Positions 31,734 to 43,651 are shown, counted from the stretch's first letter. The stretch: 64,000 bases of DNA from Deltaproteobacteria bacterium (GCA_016219015.1 JACRCL010000005.1:17095-81094); one strand, 5' to 3'. A program made the numbers and translations. Notes: generated by a model from the sequence alone, not told the origin.

Positions 31734-33088
31734 GCCGCGGATTGAAGAACGTCCTGATACTCGTCATAGGCCTCGCCATAGGAGGTACAGCGGTATTCTA
31801 TTACACGAGACCCGCCCCGCCGGAGAAGAAAGAGGAGGCCAAAGCGGAGGCGAAAAAGGAACGGAAGATAATCTACTACCGCAGCCCCATGAACCCGGAG
31901 GCCACCTCCCCTGTTCCCATGAAAGACCCCATGGGCATGGACTATGTCCCTGTCTATGAAGACGGGGCCCAAAGGCAAACGGCCCCCGGCGCCATAACGA
32001 TAAGCCCGGAGAGGATACAGAAGATAGGAGTAAAGTCCGAGGAGGTCAGGAGGAGGCCGCTTACGCGCCTGGTAAGGACAGTCGGCAGGGTCGAGCCGGT
32101 GGAGGACAGGGTCTTTGTCATGAGCGCGAAGGTATCCGGCTGGGTGGAGAAGCTCTACGTCAGCAGGACCGACCAGATGGTCGGCAAGGACGAAAAGCTG
32201 CTTGAGCTATACAGCCCCGACCTCGTATCGGCGCAGGAAGAGTACCTCATCGCGCTAAGGTCTCTGGAGCGGACCAAAGAGAGCCCTTACCCGGATGTGA
32301 GGAAAGGCTCGGAAGACCTCCTTAACGCCGCAAGGCAGCGGCTGAAGTATTGGGGCATATCCGATGACCAGATAAAAAGGCTGGAGGATACGGGCGTTGC
32401 GGCGAGGACCATGTCGATAAGGTCGCCGGCCCAGGGGAGCGTTACCGAGAAGATGGTCATAGAGGGGCAGAAGATAGAGGCCGGGGAGACTCTTTTCAAG
32501 GTGATAGACCACTCAAGGGTCTGGGTCTACGGCGAGATATACGAGTACGAGATGCCTTATATAAAGCTGGGGCAGAAGGCGGCGCTTTCCCCCTCCTATT
32601 CCCCGGCAGAAGTCTACGAGGGGAAGATCGAGCACATATACACGCACCTCGGCTCGATAAGGTACGCCCCGGAGGAAGGGACCGAGATAAGGACGGCAAA
32701 GGTCAGGTTCGAGCTGCCGAACCCGGAACACAGGCTCAAGCTCGGGATGTACCTGAACGTCGAGATAGCCGTTGACGTGGCGAGAGCCGCCATAGCTGTG
32801 CCGGACTCAGCCGTGATCGACACCGGCATAAGGCAGGTCGTGATAGTCGATAAAAGGGACGGCACGTTCGAGCCGAGGGGGGTCGAGGTCGGCGCAAAGG
32901 CCGGCGAGTGGTATCAGATATTGAAGGGCGTAAAGGAAGGCGAGTGGGTGGTCACGTCCGCCAACTTCCTTGTCGATTCCGAGAGTAACCTCCAGGCGGC
33001 TATAAGGGGGCTCGGACACGGACACGCCGACGGCGGCAGCCCTCCGGCCCAGTCTTTCCGGGGAAAACCAGTCCATGAAGGGCATTAG
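31730..33088 (+). CDS. cusB: RND periplasmic adaptor, CusB-like
   Basis: YYRSPMNP...MKDPMGMDYVPVY metal-binding segment; LYSPDL; FLVDSES. Confidence 0.9.
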   Translation: MSRGLKNVLILVIGLAIGGTAVFYYTRPAPPEKKEEAKAEAKKERKIIYYRSPMNPEATSPVPMKDPMGMDYVPVYEDGAQRQTAPGAITISPERIQKIGVKSEEVRRRPLTRLVRTVGRVEPVEDRVFVMSAKVSGWVEKLYVSRTDQMVGKDEKLLELYSPDLVSAQEEYLIALRSLERTKESPYPDVRKGSEDLLNAARQRLKYWGISDDQIKRLEDTGVAARTMSIRSPAQGSVTEKMVIEGQKIEAGETLFKVIDHSRVWVYGEIYEYEMPYIKLGQKAALSPSYSPAEVYEGKIEHIYTHLGSIRYAPEEGTEIRTAKVRFELPNPEHRLKLGMYLNVEIAVDVARAAIAVPDSAVIDTGIRQVVIVDKRDGTFEPRGVEVGAKAGEWYQILKGVKEGEWVVTSANFLVDSESNLQAAIRGLGHGHADGGSPPAQSFRGKPVHEGH

Positions 33089-33107
33089 CGCCCCCCCAAA
33101 TTCAAAA

Positions 33108-33219
33108 AGGCTGCTCAAAAAGCTCCAGATGCCTTCACGAAGCGCGAGGAATGAGACGTACTCACCTTACGTTATAACAAGACGAATACAACAAAGCAGA
33201 TGGACTTTTTCAGCAGCCT
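33108..33219. repeat. Family-A MITE-like repeat
   Basis: Same termini; ends 9 nt before the cusA ATG. Confidence 0.9.
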
Positions 33220-33228
33220 GCTAAGCCA

Positions 33229-36200
33229 ATGCTTAAAAAAATAATCGACATATCAATAGCCAACAAGTTCATAATCCTCCTCATAACGCTCTTCGCCGCG
33301 CTCTGGGGCGTATACGCTATATTCAAGACCCCGGTAGACGCCATCCCCGACCTCTCCGACGTACAGGTGATAATCTACACCGAATACCCCGGGCAGGCCC
33401 CGCAGGTCGTCGAGGACCAGATAACATACCCGCTTACCACGGCCATGCTCGCGGTCCCGAAGGCGAAGGTCGTTAGGGGCTATTCCTTCTTCGGGGTATC
33501 TTTCGTATACGTGATATTCGAGGACGGCACCGACATGTACTGGGCGCGGAGCCGCGTTCTCGAATACCTGAACTTCGCCTCCGGCAAGCTCCCGAGGGGG
33601 GTTGCGCCCTCGCTCGGCCCGGACGCCTCGGGCGTGGGCTGGGTATTCGAGTACACGCTCGAAGGCACGGGTTTGAGCCTCGCGGAGCTGCGCTCCATCC
33701 AGGACTGGTACGTGAGGTACCAGCTCACAAAGGTGCCGGGGGTCTCCGAGGTGGCATCGGTCGGCGGGTTCGTGAAGCAATATCAGGTCAACATCGACCC
33801 GAACAGGCTCATTACCTACAATGTTTCCCTGAGCGACGTCGTGAAGGCCATCGAGATGGGCAACCGCGACGTCGGCGGCAGGGTCGTGGAGATGTCCGAG
33901 CGCGAGTACATGGTAAGGGGGCTCGGCTACATAAAGTCCATCCCCGACATAGAAGACATAGTCTTGAAGGTGGACAGGACCGGCACGCCCATAAAGGTAC
34001 GGGACGTGGCGCGCGTGGAACTGGGCCCCGACGAGAGGAGGGGGTTGGCCGAGCTTAACGGCGACGGCGAGGCCGTCGGCGGTATAGTCGTCATGCGGTT
34101 CGGCGAGAACGCGCTCGACGTGATAAAGGGCGTGAAGGAGAAGCTCAAGGAACTCGAGGCCGGCCTGCCGCCGAATGTAAAGATAGTCCCGGTCTACGAC
34201 AGGAGCGGCCTCATCCACAGGGCCATAGACACATTGAAGGAAAAGCTCGTCGAGGAGTCGATACTCGTCTCAATAGTATGCATCGTCTTCCTCATGCACT
34301 TCAGGAGCGCCCTCGTGGCCATCCTCATGCTCCCGGTGGCGATACTGATATCGTTCATCATCATGTACCTCATGGGGATAAACGCGAACATAATGAGCCT
34401 CGGGGGGATCGCGATAGCCATAGGCGCGATGATAGACGGGGCCATAGTGATGATAGAGAACGCGCACAAGCACCTCGAACGCGACAGAAATACAAAACCC
34501 CACTGGCAGATAATAGCCGAGGCCGCCAAAGAGGTCGGCCCCTCGCTCTTCTTCTCGCTCCTCATAATAACCGCGTCATTCACGCCCATATTCACATTGG
34601 AGGCGCAGGAGGGCAGGCTCTTCAAGCCCCTTGCCTACACCAAGACCTTCTCGATGGGCGCGGCCGCGCTCCTTTCAATAACGCTCGTGCCGGTCCTCAT
34701 GGGGATTTTCATAAGGGGCAGGATAATGCACGAGGAGAAAAACCCCATCACGAGGTTCTCCATCTGGCTCTACAGGCCGGCCATAAACTGGGTCCTACGG
34801 TTCAAGAAGACGACGATACTGCTCGCGATAGCGGCGCTCATAATATCGGTCTATCCGCTATCGAGGCTCGGGAGCGAGTTCATGCCCGCGCTCAACGAAG
34901 GGACTCTTATGTTCATGCCCGTGACCCTGCCGGGCGTGTCGGTAACGAAGGCCGCCGAGATACTCCAGACGCAGGACAGGATAATAAAGGGGTTCCCGGA
35001 GGTCGAAAGCGTCTTCGGCAAGGCCGGCAGGGCCCTTACGGCCACTGACCCGGCGCCTTTCGAGATGTTCGAGACTATCATAAACTTGAAGCCCCAGGCC
35101 CAATGGCGGCCCGGCATGACGATGGAGCGGCTGGTCGATGAGATGAACTCCGCGCTTGAGATGCCGGGGGTCACGAACGCGTGGACGATGCCGATAAAGG
35201 CGCGGACGGACATGCTCTCCACCGGCATAAGGACGCCAGTGGGGATAAAGGTATTCGGCAAGGGGCTCGAAGAGCTCGAACGCGTGGCCCTTGAGGTGGA
35301 ATCAGCCGTAAAGGGAGTCCCCGGCACGGCGAGCGCGTACGCCGAGAGGATAGTCGGAGGCTATTACCTCGATATAAGGATAAAGAGGGACGAGGCCGCG
35401 CGCTACGGCTTGAAGATCGAGGACATACAGGAAGTCGTCATGTCCGCCATAGGCGGCGAGAACATAACGACCACCGTGGAGGGGCTTGAGCGCTACCCGG
35501 TGAACGTCCGGTACAAGAGGGAACTCCGGGACGATATAAACAAGCTCAGAAGGGTCCTCGTGCCCACGATGATGGGCACGCACATACCGCTGGAGCAGGT
35601 GGCGGAGCTTGGCATAAAGATGGGCCCTCCGGGCGTCAGGACCGAGAACGCGCTCCTTACCACGTGGATATACGTCGATGTGAGGGGAAGGGACATCGGG
35701 GGCTACGTAAAGGACGCGAAGGCGGCGGTGGCTCAAAACGTGACCTTCCCGCCGGGCTACTACGCGTCATGGAGCGGGCAGTACGAGTACATGCAGAGGG
35801 CTTACGGGAGGCTTAAGGTGATAGTCCCCCTGACCGTCGGGATAATCTTCCTCCTCCTTTATCTCAACTTCAAGTCGGTGACCGAGTGCCTCATCATCCT
35901 CCTTGCGATACCGTTTTCCCTGATAGGAGCGGGATGGATACTCTATCTGCTCGGGTATAACCTTAGCATCGGGGTCGCCGTGGGATTCCTCGCCCTTGCC
36001 GGGCTCGACGCCGAGATGGGCATAGTCATGCTCATATACCTCGACCACGCCTACAAGGAAAGGAAAACCGAAGGCAGGATGAACTCAATCATGGACCTCC
36101 ATGAGGCGATAATGGATGGGACCGTCATGAGGGTGCGCCCGAAGCTCATGACCGTCATTGCCATCATAGCGGGCCTGCTGCCCATAATGTGGAGCATGGG

Positions 36201-36336
36201 GACGGGGGCGGACGTGATGAAGAGGATAGCCGCGCCCATGGTGGGAGGTATGTTCACCTCGGGCCTGCTTGAGCTTTTGGTACTGCCCGCCATCTACGCG
36301 CTCTGGCGGGGCTGGGAGATGGGGAGGAGAAAATAA
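33229..36336 (+). CDS. cusA: Cu(I)/Ag(I) RND efflux transporter
   Basis: DAIPDLSDVQVI, DMYWARSRVLEYL; Met residues in LMFMP, FEMFET, RTDMLSTG matching the CusA triad. Confidence 0.95.
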   Translation: MLKKIIDISIANKFIILLITLFAALWGVYAIFKTPVDAIPDLSDVQVIIYTEYPGQAPQVVEDQITYPLTTAMLAVPKAKVVRGYSFFGVSFVYVIFEDGTDMYWARSRVLEYLNFASGKLPRGVAPSLGPDASGVGWVFEYTLEGTGLSLAELRSIQDWYVRYQLTKVPGVSEVASVGGFVKQYQVNIDPNRLITYNVSLSDVVKAIEMGNRDVGGRVVEMSEREYMVRGLGYIKSIPDIEDIVLKVDRTGTPIKVRDVARVELGPDERRGLAELNGDGEAVGGIVVMRFGENALDVIKGVKEKLKELEAGLPPNVKIVPVYDRSGLIHRAIDTLKEKLVEESILVSIVCIVFLMHFRSALVAILMLPVAILISFIIMYLMGINANIMSLGGIAIAIGAMIDGAIVMIENAHKHLERDRNTKPHWQIIAEAAKEVGPSLFFSLLIITASFTPIFTLEAQEGRLFKPLAYTKTFSMGAAALLSITLVPVLMGIFIRGRIMHEEKNPITRFSIWLYRPAINWVLRFKKTTILLAIAALIISVYPLSRLGSEFMPALNEGTLMFMPVTLPGVSVTKAAEILQTQDRIIKGFPEVESVFGKAGRALTATDPAPFEMFETIINLKPQAQWRPGMTMERLVDEMNSALEMPGVTNAWTMPIKARTDMLSTGIRTPVGIKVFGKGLEELERVALEVESAVKGVPGTASAYAERIVGGYYLDIRIKRDEAARYGLKIEDIQEVVMSAIGGENITTTVEGLERYPVNVRYKRELRDDINKLRRVLVPTMMGTHIPLEQVAELGIKMGPPGVRTENALLTTWIYVDVRGRDIGGYVKDAKAAVAQNVTFPPGYYASWSGQYEYMQRAYGRLKVIVPLTVGIIFLLLYLNFKSVTECLIILLAIPFSLIGAGWILYLLGYNLSIGVAVGFLALAGLDAEMGIVMLIYLDHAYKERKTEGRMNSIMDLHEAIMDGTVMRVRPKLMTVIAIIAGLLPIMWSMGTGADVMKRIAAPMVGGMFTSGLLELLVLPAIYALWRGWEMGRRK

Positions 36337-36520
36337 CCAAAGCCTGACGGGCTTTTAAAAAGGAGCCTCCTTCCGCGAATGGACCCGCCGGACCTTCCTC
36401 AAAATCAAATATTTCAAGCCCTTACCCCCCTCAACCAAATGACCGCTGCCCGATAAAAACCCACCCCCGTATTTTCTGATATAGTATATCTGTTCCAAAA
36501 ATCCCTTCAGGAGGAAAGAC

Positions 36521-36937
36521 ATGCGAATTCGAGCGATTATGGCGGCGGGCATCCTGGCGCTTTCACTTACGGCCGCGCCTGTTCTGGCTGAAGAGCCCGC
36601 CCAGAACCAGCCCGCGCCGCAGGCGCAGGACCAGCAGGGAGGCATGATGGGCGGCGGCATGATGGGCAAGGGCGGGATGATGGGCGGCCAGATGATGATG
36701 GAAAGGCACAAGATGATGGACGAGGTCCTTGGCATGCTCAAGGAGACGATGTCCATAGTAAAGGACTTCACCCACAAGCCTACCGACCAGCAGAAAAAAA
36801 AGCTCGACGAGATGATGAAGAGGCTCGACGAGCTCGTGGCCCAGCACAAGCAGATGATGGAGCAGATGCAGCAGAAGCAGATGCCGAAGACGATGCCGGC
36901 CCCCGCGCCCACGCCGGCGCCCCCGGCCGCAAAGTAG
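36521..36937 (+). CDS. Met-rich exported helical protein
   Basis: Signal peptide ending VLA; GGMMGGGMMGKGGMMGGQMMM; SD AGGAGG. Confidence 0.8.
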   Translation: MRIRAIMAAGILALSLTAAPVLAEEPAQNQPAPQAQDQQGGMMGGGMMGKGGMMGGQMMMERHKMMDEVLGMLKETMSIVKDFTHKPTDQQKKKLDEMMKRLDELVAQHKQMMEQMQQKQMPKTMPAPAPTPAPPAAK

Positions 36938-36957
36938 TCTTTTCGAGCCATTTGGAC

Positions 36958-36990
36958 GGCGCGGCCCCTCTGGGGCCGCGCCTCATTTTT
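36958..36990 (+). terminator. Intrinsic terminator
   Basis: GGCGCGGCCCC-tct-GGGGCCGCGCC then cattttt. Confidence 0.7.
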
Positions 36991-37298
36991 CACTGGCCTC
37001 GAAAGGAATTTTTCATTATAATATCCCTGTAAACGGGCCGCATGCAAATAACCGCGAGATTCTCCCCGCTGTCCTGAAAAAAACTTCCTCCCGCCCTCTT
37101 CCCCGCTCACAAAATAGCTTGACAATCGTTCGCTCCGTATGATAGCAATACTTTGATTTAGTTTTAGTAAACCCCCAAAAGAGCCCCTAAGGAAAACCGG
37201 TCACGACCCTAACCCCGTCCAACGGGCAAGGCCCGTGGATTATCAGGCGGGGTTAGGGTTTTTTTAAGGGGTTCGGAAAAAAACTCCCAAGGTAAAAA

Positions 37299-38282
37299 AT
37301 GTTAGAGCTCAATCAGACTTTACTATTTCAGATGATAGGCTTCTTCGCCCTGCTCATCATACTGAACCGTTTCCTCTACAAGCCTCTTCTGAAGGTCTTG
37401 AAGGAAAGGGAAGAACGCATAGGCGGCACACTCAAGGCCGCGTCGAGGTCGGATAAGGACGTCGAAGAGGGCCTCCAGGCGTACGAGAAGAAATTGAAAG
37501 AGGCCGTGGCCAAAGGCGTCGAGGCCAAGAACAGGCTCAAGAAGGAAGGGCTGGACAGGGAAAAAGAGATTATCGAGGCCGCCAGGGAATCCGCGGTCGT
37601 CGAGATCGGGAAGATGAAGACCGACCTCGATAGAAGCAAGAGGTCGGCGCTTGAAAGCCTTAAGTCTGAAACCGGCCCGCTATCGAGGAACATAGCCGAG
37701 AAGTTACTCGAAAGAAAGGTCGTAATAGCCCTGTTCGCCTTCATCCTGCCGCTAATGCCCGCCATCCTGAGGGCCGCCGAGGAAGGCGGGGAGCACGAAG
37801 GCGGCGTTTTCAATATGAGCTTTCTCTGGAAGGCCGTCAACTTCGCGATACTCGCCGTTGTAATCGGGATAGTCTGGAAAAAGGTATTGAAGGGCCTCTT
37901 TGAGAAACAGGGCGCGGACATAAAAAAGGCCCTGGAGGACGCGCGCGCGGCAAAAGAGGCGGCTGACAGGAAGGCCGAGGAGTACAGGGGCAAGCTCGCA
38001 ACGCTCGATAAAAAGGTCGCCGAGCTGCACAAAGAGCTCGAGGCCGAGGGCGCGGCCGAAAAGAACAGGATACTCGCCGAGGCCGAAAAGGCGTCCGTGA
38101 AGATAAGGGAGCAGGCCCGGCTCTCGGCAGACGCGGAGCTGAAAAAGGCCATGGCCGAGATACGCGAAGAGGTCGCGAGGATTGCGGTCGGCATGGCCGA
38201 AGAGATACTGAAAAAAGAGATAAAACCCGAGGACCAGGAAAAGCTCGTAAAAAACTACCTCGATAACCTGAGGCTCAACTGA
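37299..38282 (+). CDS. atpF: Fused F0 subunits b'-b
   Basis: Two tandem ATP-synt_B-like units (LNRFLYKPLLKVLKERE; WKAVNFAIL...) in one 327-aa frame, upstream of atpH. Confidence 0.88.
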   Translation: MLELNQTLLFQMIGFFALLIILNRFLYKPLLKVLKEREERIGGTLKAASRSDKDVEEGLQAYEKKLKEAVAKGVEAKNRLKKEGLDREKEIIEAARESAVVEIGKMKTDLDRSKRSALESLKSETGPLSRNIAEKLLERKVVIALFAFILPLMPAILRAAEEGGEHEGGVFNMSFLWKAVNFAILAVVIGIVWKKVLKGLFEKQGADIKKALEDARAAKEAADRKAEEYRGKLATLDKKVAELHKELEAEGAAEKNRILAEAEKASVKIREQARLSADAELKKAMAEIREEVARIAVGMAEEILKKEIKPEDQEKLVKNYLDNLRLN

Positions 38283-38827
38283 TGAAGATTTCTACCGCAA
38301 GAAGGTTCGCGAAGGCCCTCGTAGCGATAGCGAAGGAAGACAATGCCCACGCCGAGTACGGCAAGGAGCTGCGCTCGACGCTGGCGATATTCAAGGGCAA
38401 CCCGGAGCTGTACAAGACGCTCTTGAACCCGATATACAAGATAGAGGAGCGCCTTAAAATAATGGAGTCCGTCTCGGGAAGCCTCAAGCTCTCCCCTCAC
38501 GTGGCCAAGTTCCTGAACGTGCTCGTTGAGACCAGGAACATCAGGATACTTGAAGAGGTCGCCGCGGCGTATGCCCGGCTCGAGGACGAGCTGTCCGGCA
38601 GGCTCAAGGTGGTGGTGGAGTCCCCTGCCCCTCTGAACGGCTCACAGCTCGACGACATAAAAAAGAAGCTCTCGGCCTACACGGGCAAGGATATAGCGAT
38701 ATCGAACCTGAGCAACCCCGCCCTCATAGGCGGGCTCGTCATAAAAATAGAAAATACTATCCTGGACGGGAGCATTATTACCCAGTTACAGCTTATGAAG
38801 GAAAAAATACGGGAAGGGGTGGTTTAA
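38282..38827 (+). CDS. atpH: ATP synthase delta
   Basis: ARRFAKAL, PALIGGL, DGSI. Confidence 0.93.
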   Translation: MKISTARRFAKALVAIAKEDNAHAEYGKELRSTLAIFKGNPELYKTLLNPIYKIEERLKIMESVSGSLKLSPHVAKFLNVLVETRNIRILEEVAAAYARLEDELSGRLKVVVESPAPLNGSQLDDIKKKLSAYTGKDIAISNLSNPALIGGLVIKIENTILDGSIITQLQLMKEKIREGVV

Positions 38828-40345
38828 ATGATCAAGGTTGAAGAGATAAGCCAGCTCATTAAAACTCAGATAAAGGGCTTTGAAAAAGGCATAGACATAC
38901 AGGAAGTAGGCACCGTCATCTCGGTCGGCGACGGCATAGCGAGGATATACGGGCTCGAAAAGGCGATGGCCGGAGAGCTCCTTGAGTTCCCGGGCGGCAT
39001 CTACGGCATGGTATTGAACCTTGAAGAGGATAACGTCGGCTCGGCCGTGCTCGGGGCCGACTACACCATAAAGGAAGGCGACATCGTAAAAAGGACGGGC
39101 AAGATCGTCGAGGTCCCGGTCGGAGAGGGCCTCCTGGGCAGGGTCGTCAACGCCCTGGGCCAGCCCATAGACGACAAGGGCCCGATAGCGGCGAAGGAGA
39201 CCCGCAGGGTCGATATAAAGGCCCCCGGCATCGTAGCCAGGAAGTCCGTCAAGGAACCCCTCCAGACAGGGATAAAGGCCATAGACGGCATGATCCCCAT
39301 CGGAAGGGGCCAGAGGGAGCTGATAATCGGCGACCGCCAGACCGGGAAGACCGCCGTGGCCATCGACACTATCATCAACCAGAAGGGCCTTAACGTCTAT
39401 TGCATATACGTGGCCATAGGGCAGAAGCAGTCAACGGTGGCGCAGATAGTCGAGAAGCTCCGCCAGTTCGGGGCCATGGACTATACGATCGTCGTTGCCG
39501 CCACCGCAAGCTCCCCCGCCCCGCTGCAGTTCATATCCCCCTACTCGGGCTGCGCCATGGGCGAATACTTCAGGGACAACGGCATGCACGCCCTCATCAT
39601 ATACGACGACCTTTCGAAGCACGCCGTGGCGTACAGGCAGCTTTCGCTCCTTTTAAGGAGGCCGCCGGGCCGCGAGGCGTACCCCGGAGACGTATTCTAC
39701 CTCCACTCAAGGCTCCTTGAGAGGGCCGCGAAACTGAGCGACGAGCTCGGGGGCGGGTCTTTGACAGCCCTGCCTGTAATAGAGACTCAGGCCGGCGACG
39801 TCTCCGCGTACGTGCCCACGAACGTCATCTCCATCACCGACGGCCAGATATACCTCGAGACCGACCTCTTCTACTCGGGCATAAGGCCCGCCATCAACGT
39901 CGGCCTTTCGGTCTCCCGAGTCGGCGGCAGCGCCCAGATAAAGGCCATGAAGCAGGTCGCCGGGACCTTGCGGCTCGAGCTTGCTCAGTTCAGGGAGCTT
40001 GCCGCGTTCGCCCAGTTCGGCAGCGACCTCGACCCCACGACCCAGAAGCAGCTCGCCAGGGGCACAAGGCTCGTCGAGATACTCAAGCAGGGCCAGTACA
40101 AGCCCCAGCCCATCGAGAAGCAGGTCATCATAATATACGCCGCCACGAACGGCTACGTGGATACCTACCCCGTAGGGGCGTTGAAGAGGTACGAGGAGGA
40201 GCTCCAGAGCTTCATCGAATCGAGGCACGCGGCGATACTGGCGGAGATACGCGAGAAGAAGAACATCGACGCCGACCTGAAGGCGAAGCTCAACAAGGCC
40301 CTCGACGACTTCAAGGGCTCGTTCTCGGCCGAGGCGAAGAAGTAA
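38828..40345 (+). CDS. atpA: ATP synthase alpha
   Basis: [29 protein letters not shown]. Confidence 0.99.
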   Translation: MIKVEEISQLIKTQIKGFEKGIDIQEVGTVISVGDGIARIYGLEKAMAGELLEFPGGIYGMVLNLEEDNVGSAVLGADYTIKEGDIVKRTGKIVEVPVGEGLLGRVVNALGQPIDDKGPIAAKETRRVDIKAPGIVARKSVKEPLQTGIKAIDGMIPIGRGQRELIIGDRQTGKTAVAIDTIINQKGLNVYCIYVAIGQKQSTVAQIVEKLRQFGAMDYTIVVAATASSPAPLQFISPYSGCAMGEYFRDNGMHALIIYDDLSKHAVAYRQLSLLLRRPPGREAYPGDVFYLHSRLLERAAKLSDELGGGSLTALPVIETQAGDVSAYVPTNVISITDGQIYLETDLFYSGIRPAINVGLSVSRVGGSAQIKAMKQVAGTLRLELAQFRELAAFAQFGSDLDPTTQKQLARGTRLVEILKQGQYKPQPIEKQVIIIYAATNGYVDTYPVGALKRYEEELQSFIESRHAAILAEIREKKNIDADLKAKLNKALDDFKGSFSAEAKK

Positions 40346-40370
40346 ATAAAATCATAGAGGCGGGACTTGG

Positions 40371-41240
40371 ATGCCGAGCCTTAAAGACATAAAAAGACGG
40401 ATAAAGTCCGTAAAGAACACGCAGCAGATAACCAAGGCCATGAAGATGGTCTCTGCCGCGAAGCTCAAGAGGGCGCAGGACGAGATAACCGCCGCGAGGC
40501 CTTACGCCGAGAAGATGCTCGGGCTTATCACGTCGCTCGCGTCGAAGACCTCCCCGGAGAGCCACCCGCTCCTTTCACCGAGGGAGACTAACGCCAACGT
40601 CGGCCTCATACTCATCACCTCCGACAGGGGCCTTTGCGGGAGCTTCAATACGGTGCTGTTGAAGACCGCCGAGAGGTTCCTGAGGGAAAAGAAGGACTCC
40701 ACCGTGAGCCTCTACCTTATCGGGAAAAGGGGGATGGAGCACTTCAAGCGCCGCCAGATGAACCTTATAAGCTCCAGGGCGCTCGGCAGCGGAAGGCCCT
40801 CCTACTCGTCGGCAGTGGATACCGCGCGGCAGGTCATAGAGATGTATTTGAAGGGAGACCTCGACGAGGTCCACATAGTATACAGCCAGTTCAAGTCGGC
40901 CCTTACACAGACCCCGGTGGCGCAGAAGCTCCTGCCCATAGCCGCCCCCGAGGCAACAGAGGCCGAGGGCGAAGCGCAGGTCGAGTTCATCTTCGAGCCC
41001 ACGCCGGAGGCGGTCCTTTCAAGCCTTTTGCCGAAGTACGTCGAGGTGCAGGCGTTCAGGGCTCTCCTTGAGTCCTCGGCGAGCGAGCACGGGGCGCGCA
41101 TGACGGCGATGGATTCCGCCTCGAAGAACGCGTCCGAGATGATAAGCGGGCTCACATTGAAGTACAACAGGCTCCGTCAGGCCGCCATCACCAAGGAGCT
41201 TATGGAGATAATCGGCGGCGCAGAGGCGCTTAAAGGATAA
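40371..41240 (+). CDS. atpG: ATP synthase gamma
   Basis: ITKAMKMVSAAK, SDRGLCG, RQAAITKE. Confidence 0.98.
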   Translation: MPSLKDIKRRIKSVKNTQQITKAMKMVSAAKLKRAQDEITAARPYAEKMLGLITSLASKTSPESHPLLSPRETNANVGLILITSDRGLCGSFNTVLLKTAERFLREKKDSTVSLYLIGKRGMEHFKRRQMNLISSRALGSGRPSYSSAVDTARQVIEMYLKGDLDEVHIVYSQFKSALTQTPVAQKLLPIAAPEATEAEGEAQVEFIFEPTPEAVLSSLLPKYVEVQAFRALLESSASEHGARMTAMDSASKNASEMISGLTLKYNRLRQAAITKELMEIIGGAEALKG

Positions 41241-41282
41241 TAACGGAACAATAATCATAAAAGTTTTAAGGAGGCCTTCTAA

Positions 41283-42704
<1,422 letters not shown>

Positions 42705-42724
42705 AGGCTAAAGGATAAAAACAA

Positions 42725-43147
42725 ATGGCAGACACGTTCCTTCTGGAAATAGTCACCCCCTACAGGAAGCTCCTTTCAAAGGAGGTCGAGGAGGTGACCG
42801 CGCCCGGCGAGCTCGGAGAGTTCGGCGTGCTCGCGAGCCACACCCAGTTCCTGACGATACTCAAGGCGGGCGAGGTAACATACAGGAAAGGCGGAGAGGC
42901 AGGCACCTTCGCCGTAGGGCGCGGGTATGCCGAGGTGCTGCCCGACAAGACCACCATCCTCGTTGACAACGCCGAGTCCGCCGAAGAGATAAGCGCCGAG
43001 GACGCGAGGGCGATAATCGCGAAGTCCGAAGAGGCCTTCAAGACCCTGTCGCCCGAGGACGCCGAGTACGCGGCCACGATAGAGGCTTACGAGCTTGCGC
43101 AGGTGAGGCTCAGGGTAAAAGAAAAGGGAAGGTCGTCAGGGCACTGA
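42725..43147 (+). CDS. atpC: ATP synthase epsilon
   Basis: LEIVTP, PGELGEFGVLASH. Confidence 0.95.
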   Translation: MADTFLLEIVTPYRKLLSKEVEEVTAPGELGEFGVLASHTQFLTILKAGEVTYRKGGEAGTFAVGRGYAEVLPDKTTILVDNAESAEEISAEDARAIIAKSEEAFKTLSPEDAEYAATIEAYELAQVRLRVKEKGRSSGH

Positions 43148-43195
43148 GGCCTGAAACTTCCTGCGGCGCTGGCGGGAGAACAATATTTGAAATGC

Positions 43196-43228
43196 AAAAA
43201 GGCGGGACCGAAAGGTCACGCCTTTTTT
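43196..43228 (+). terminator. Intrinsic (possibly bidirectional) terminator
   Basis: AAAAAGGCGGGACC-gaaa-GGTCACGCCTTTTTT. Confidence 0.85.
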
Positions 43229-43357
43229 ATTTGTATATAAGTTCTGAAAACCGCAAATCCTTCCATAGCTACGAAGAGGAAAAGATACTGCCTTGATTAA
43301 TCACAGCCCCAACTGCACCATTGGTAACTGAAAGCCCGTCTTTTTTTTATAAACCCC

Positions 43358-43577
43358 AGGGCATAGGGCGTAGCGACCGTAGGGATGGAGGATGGGCGGG
43401 CGAGCGGGGCGGAAGGCGTATTTCTGAGGAAGGTTCGGCGGACTCGCCCGGTGGCAGGGGGAAGCAGGGAGCGAGCCCTATGCCCGAAGGCGCATGGCAA
43501 TGCGCAAAAAGGCCCTTGGCTAAAGAATCTCTTAGGGATTACGAACTTCCGGGTTCAGGTTGCAAACCTGAACCCGC
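43358..43577. repeat. REP-like hairpin elements
   Basis: GGGCATAGGGC...GCCCTATGCCC enclosing AGGGATGG; CGGGTTCAGGTTgcAAACCTGAACCCG at ~43550-43576. Confidence 0.55.
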
Positions 43578-43651
43578 AAAGGAAAAGAATCAGCTGATCT
43601 TTAGATTTTTACGCGCAAAGCCCGCTCCTTAAAACCCTTTCCCTTGCCTTT

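Noticed and set aside
43321-43632. 103-aa ORF downstream of atpC
   Set aside because: Lies over hairpin repeats with no SD or recognisable protein features
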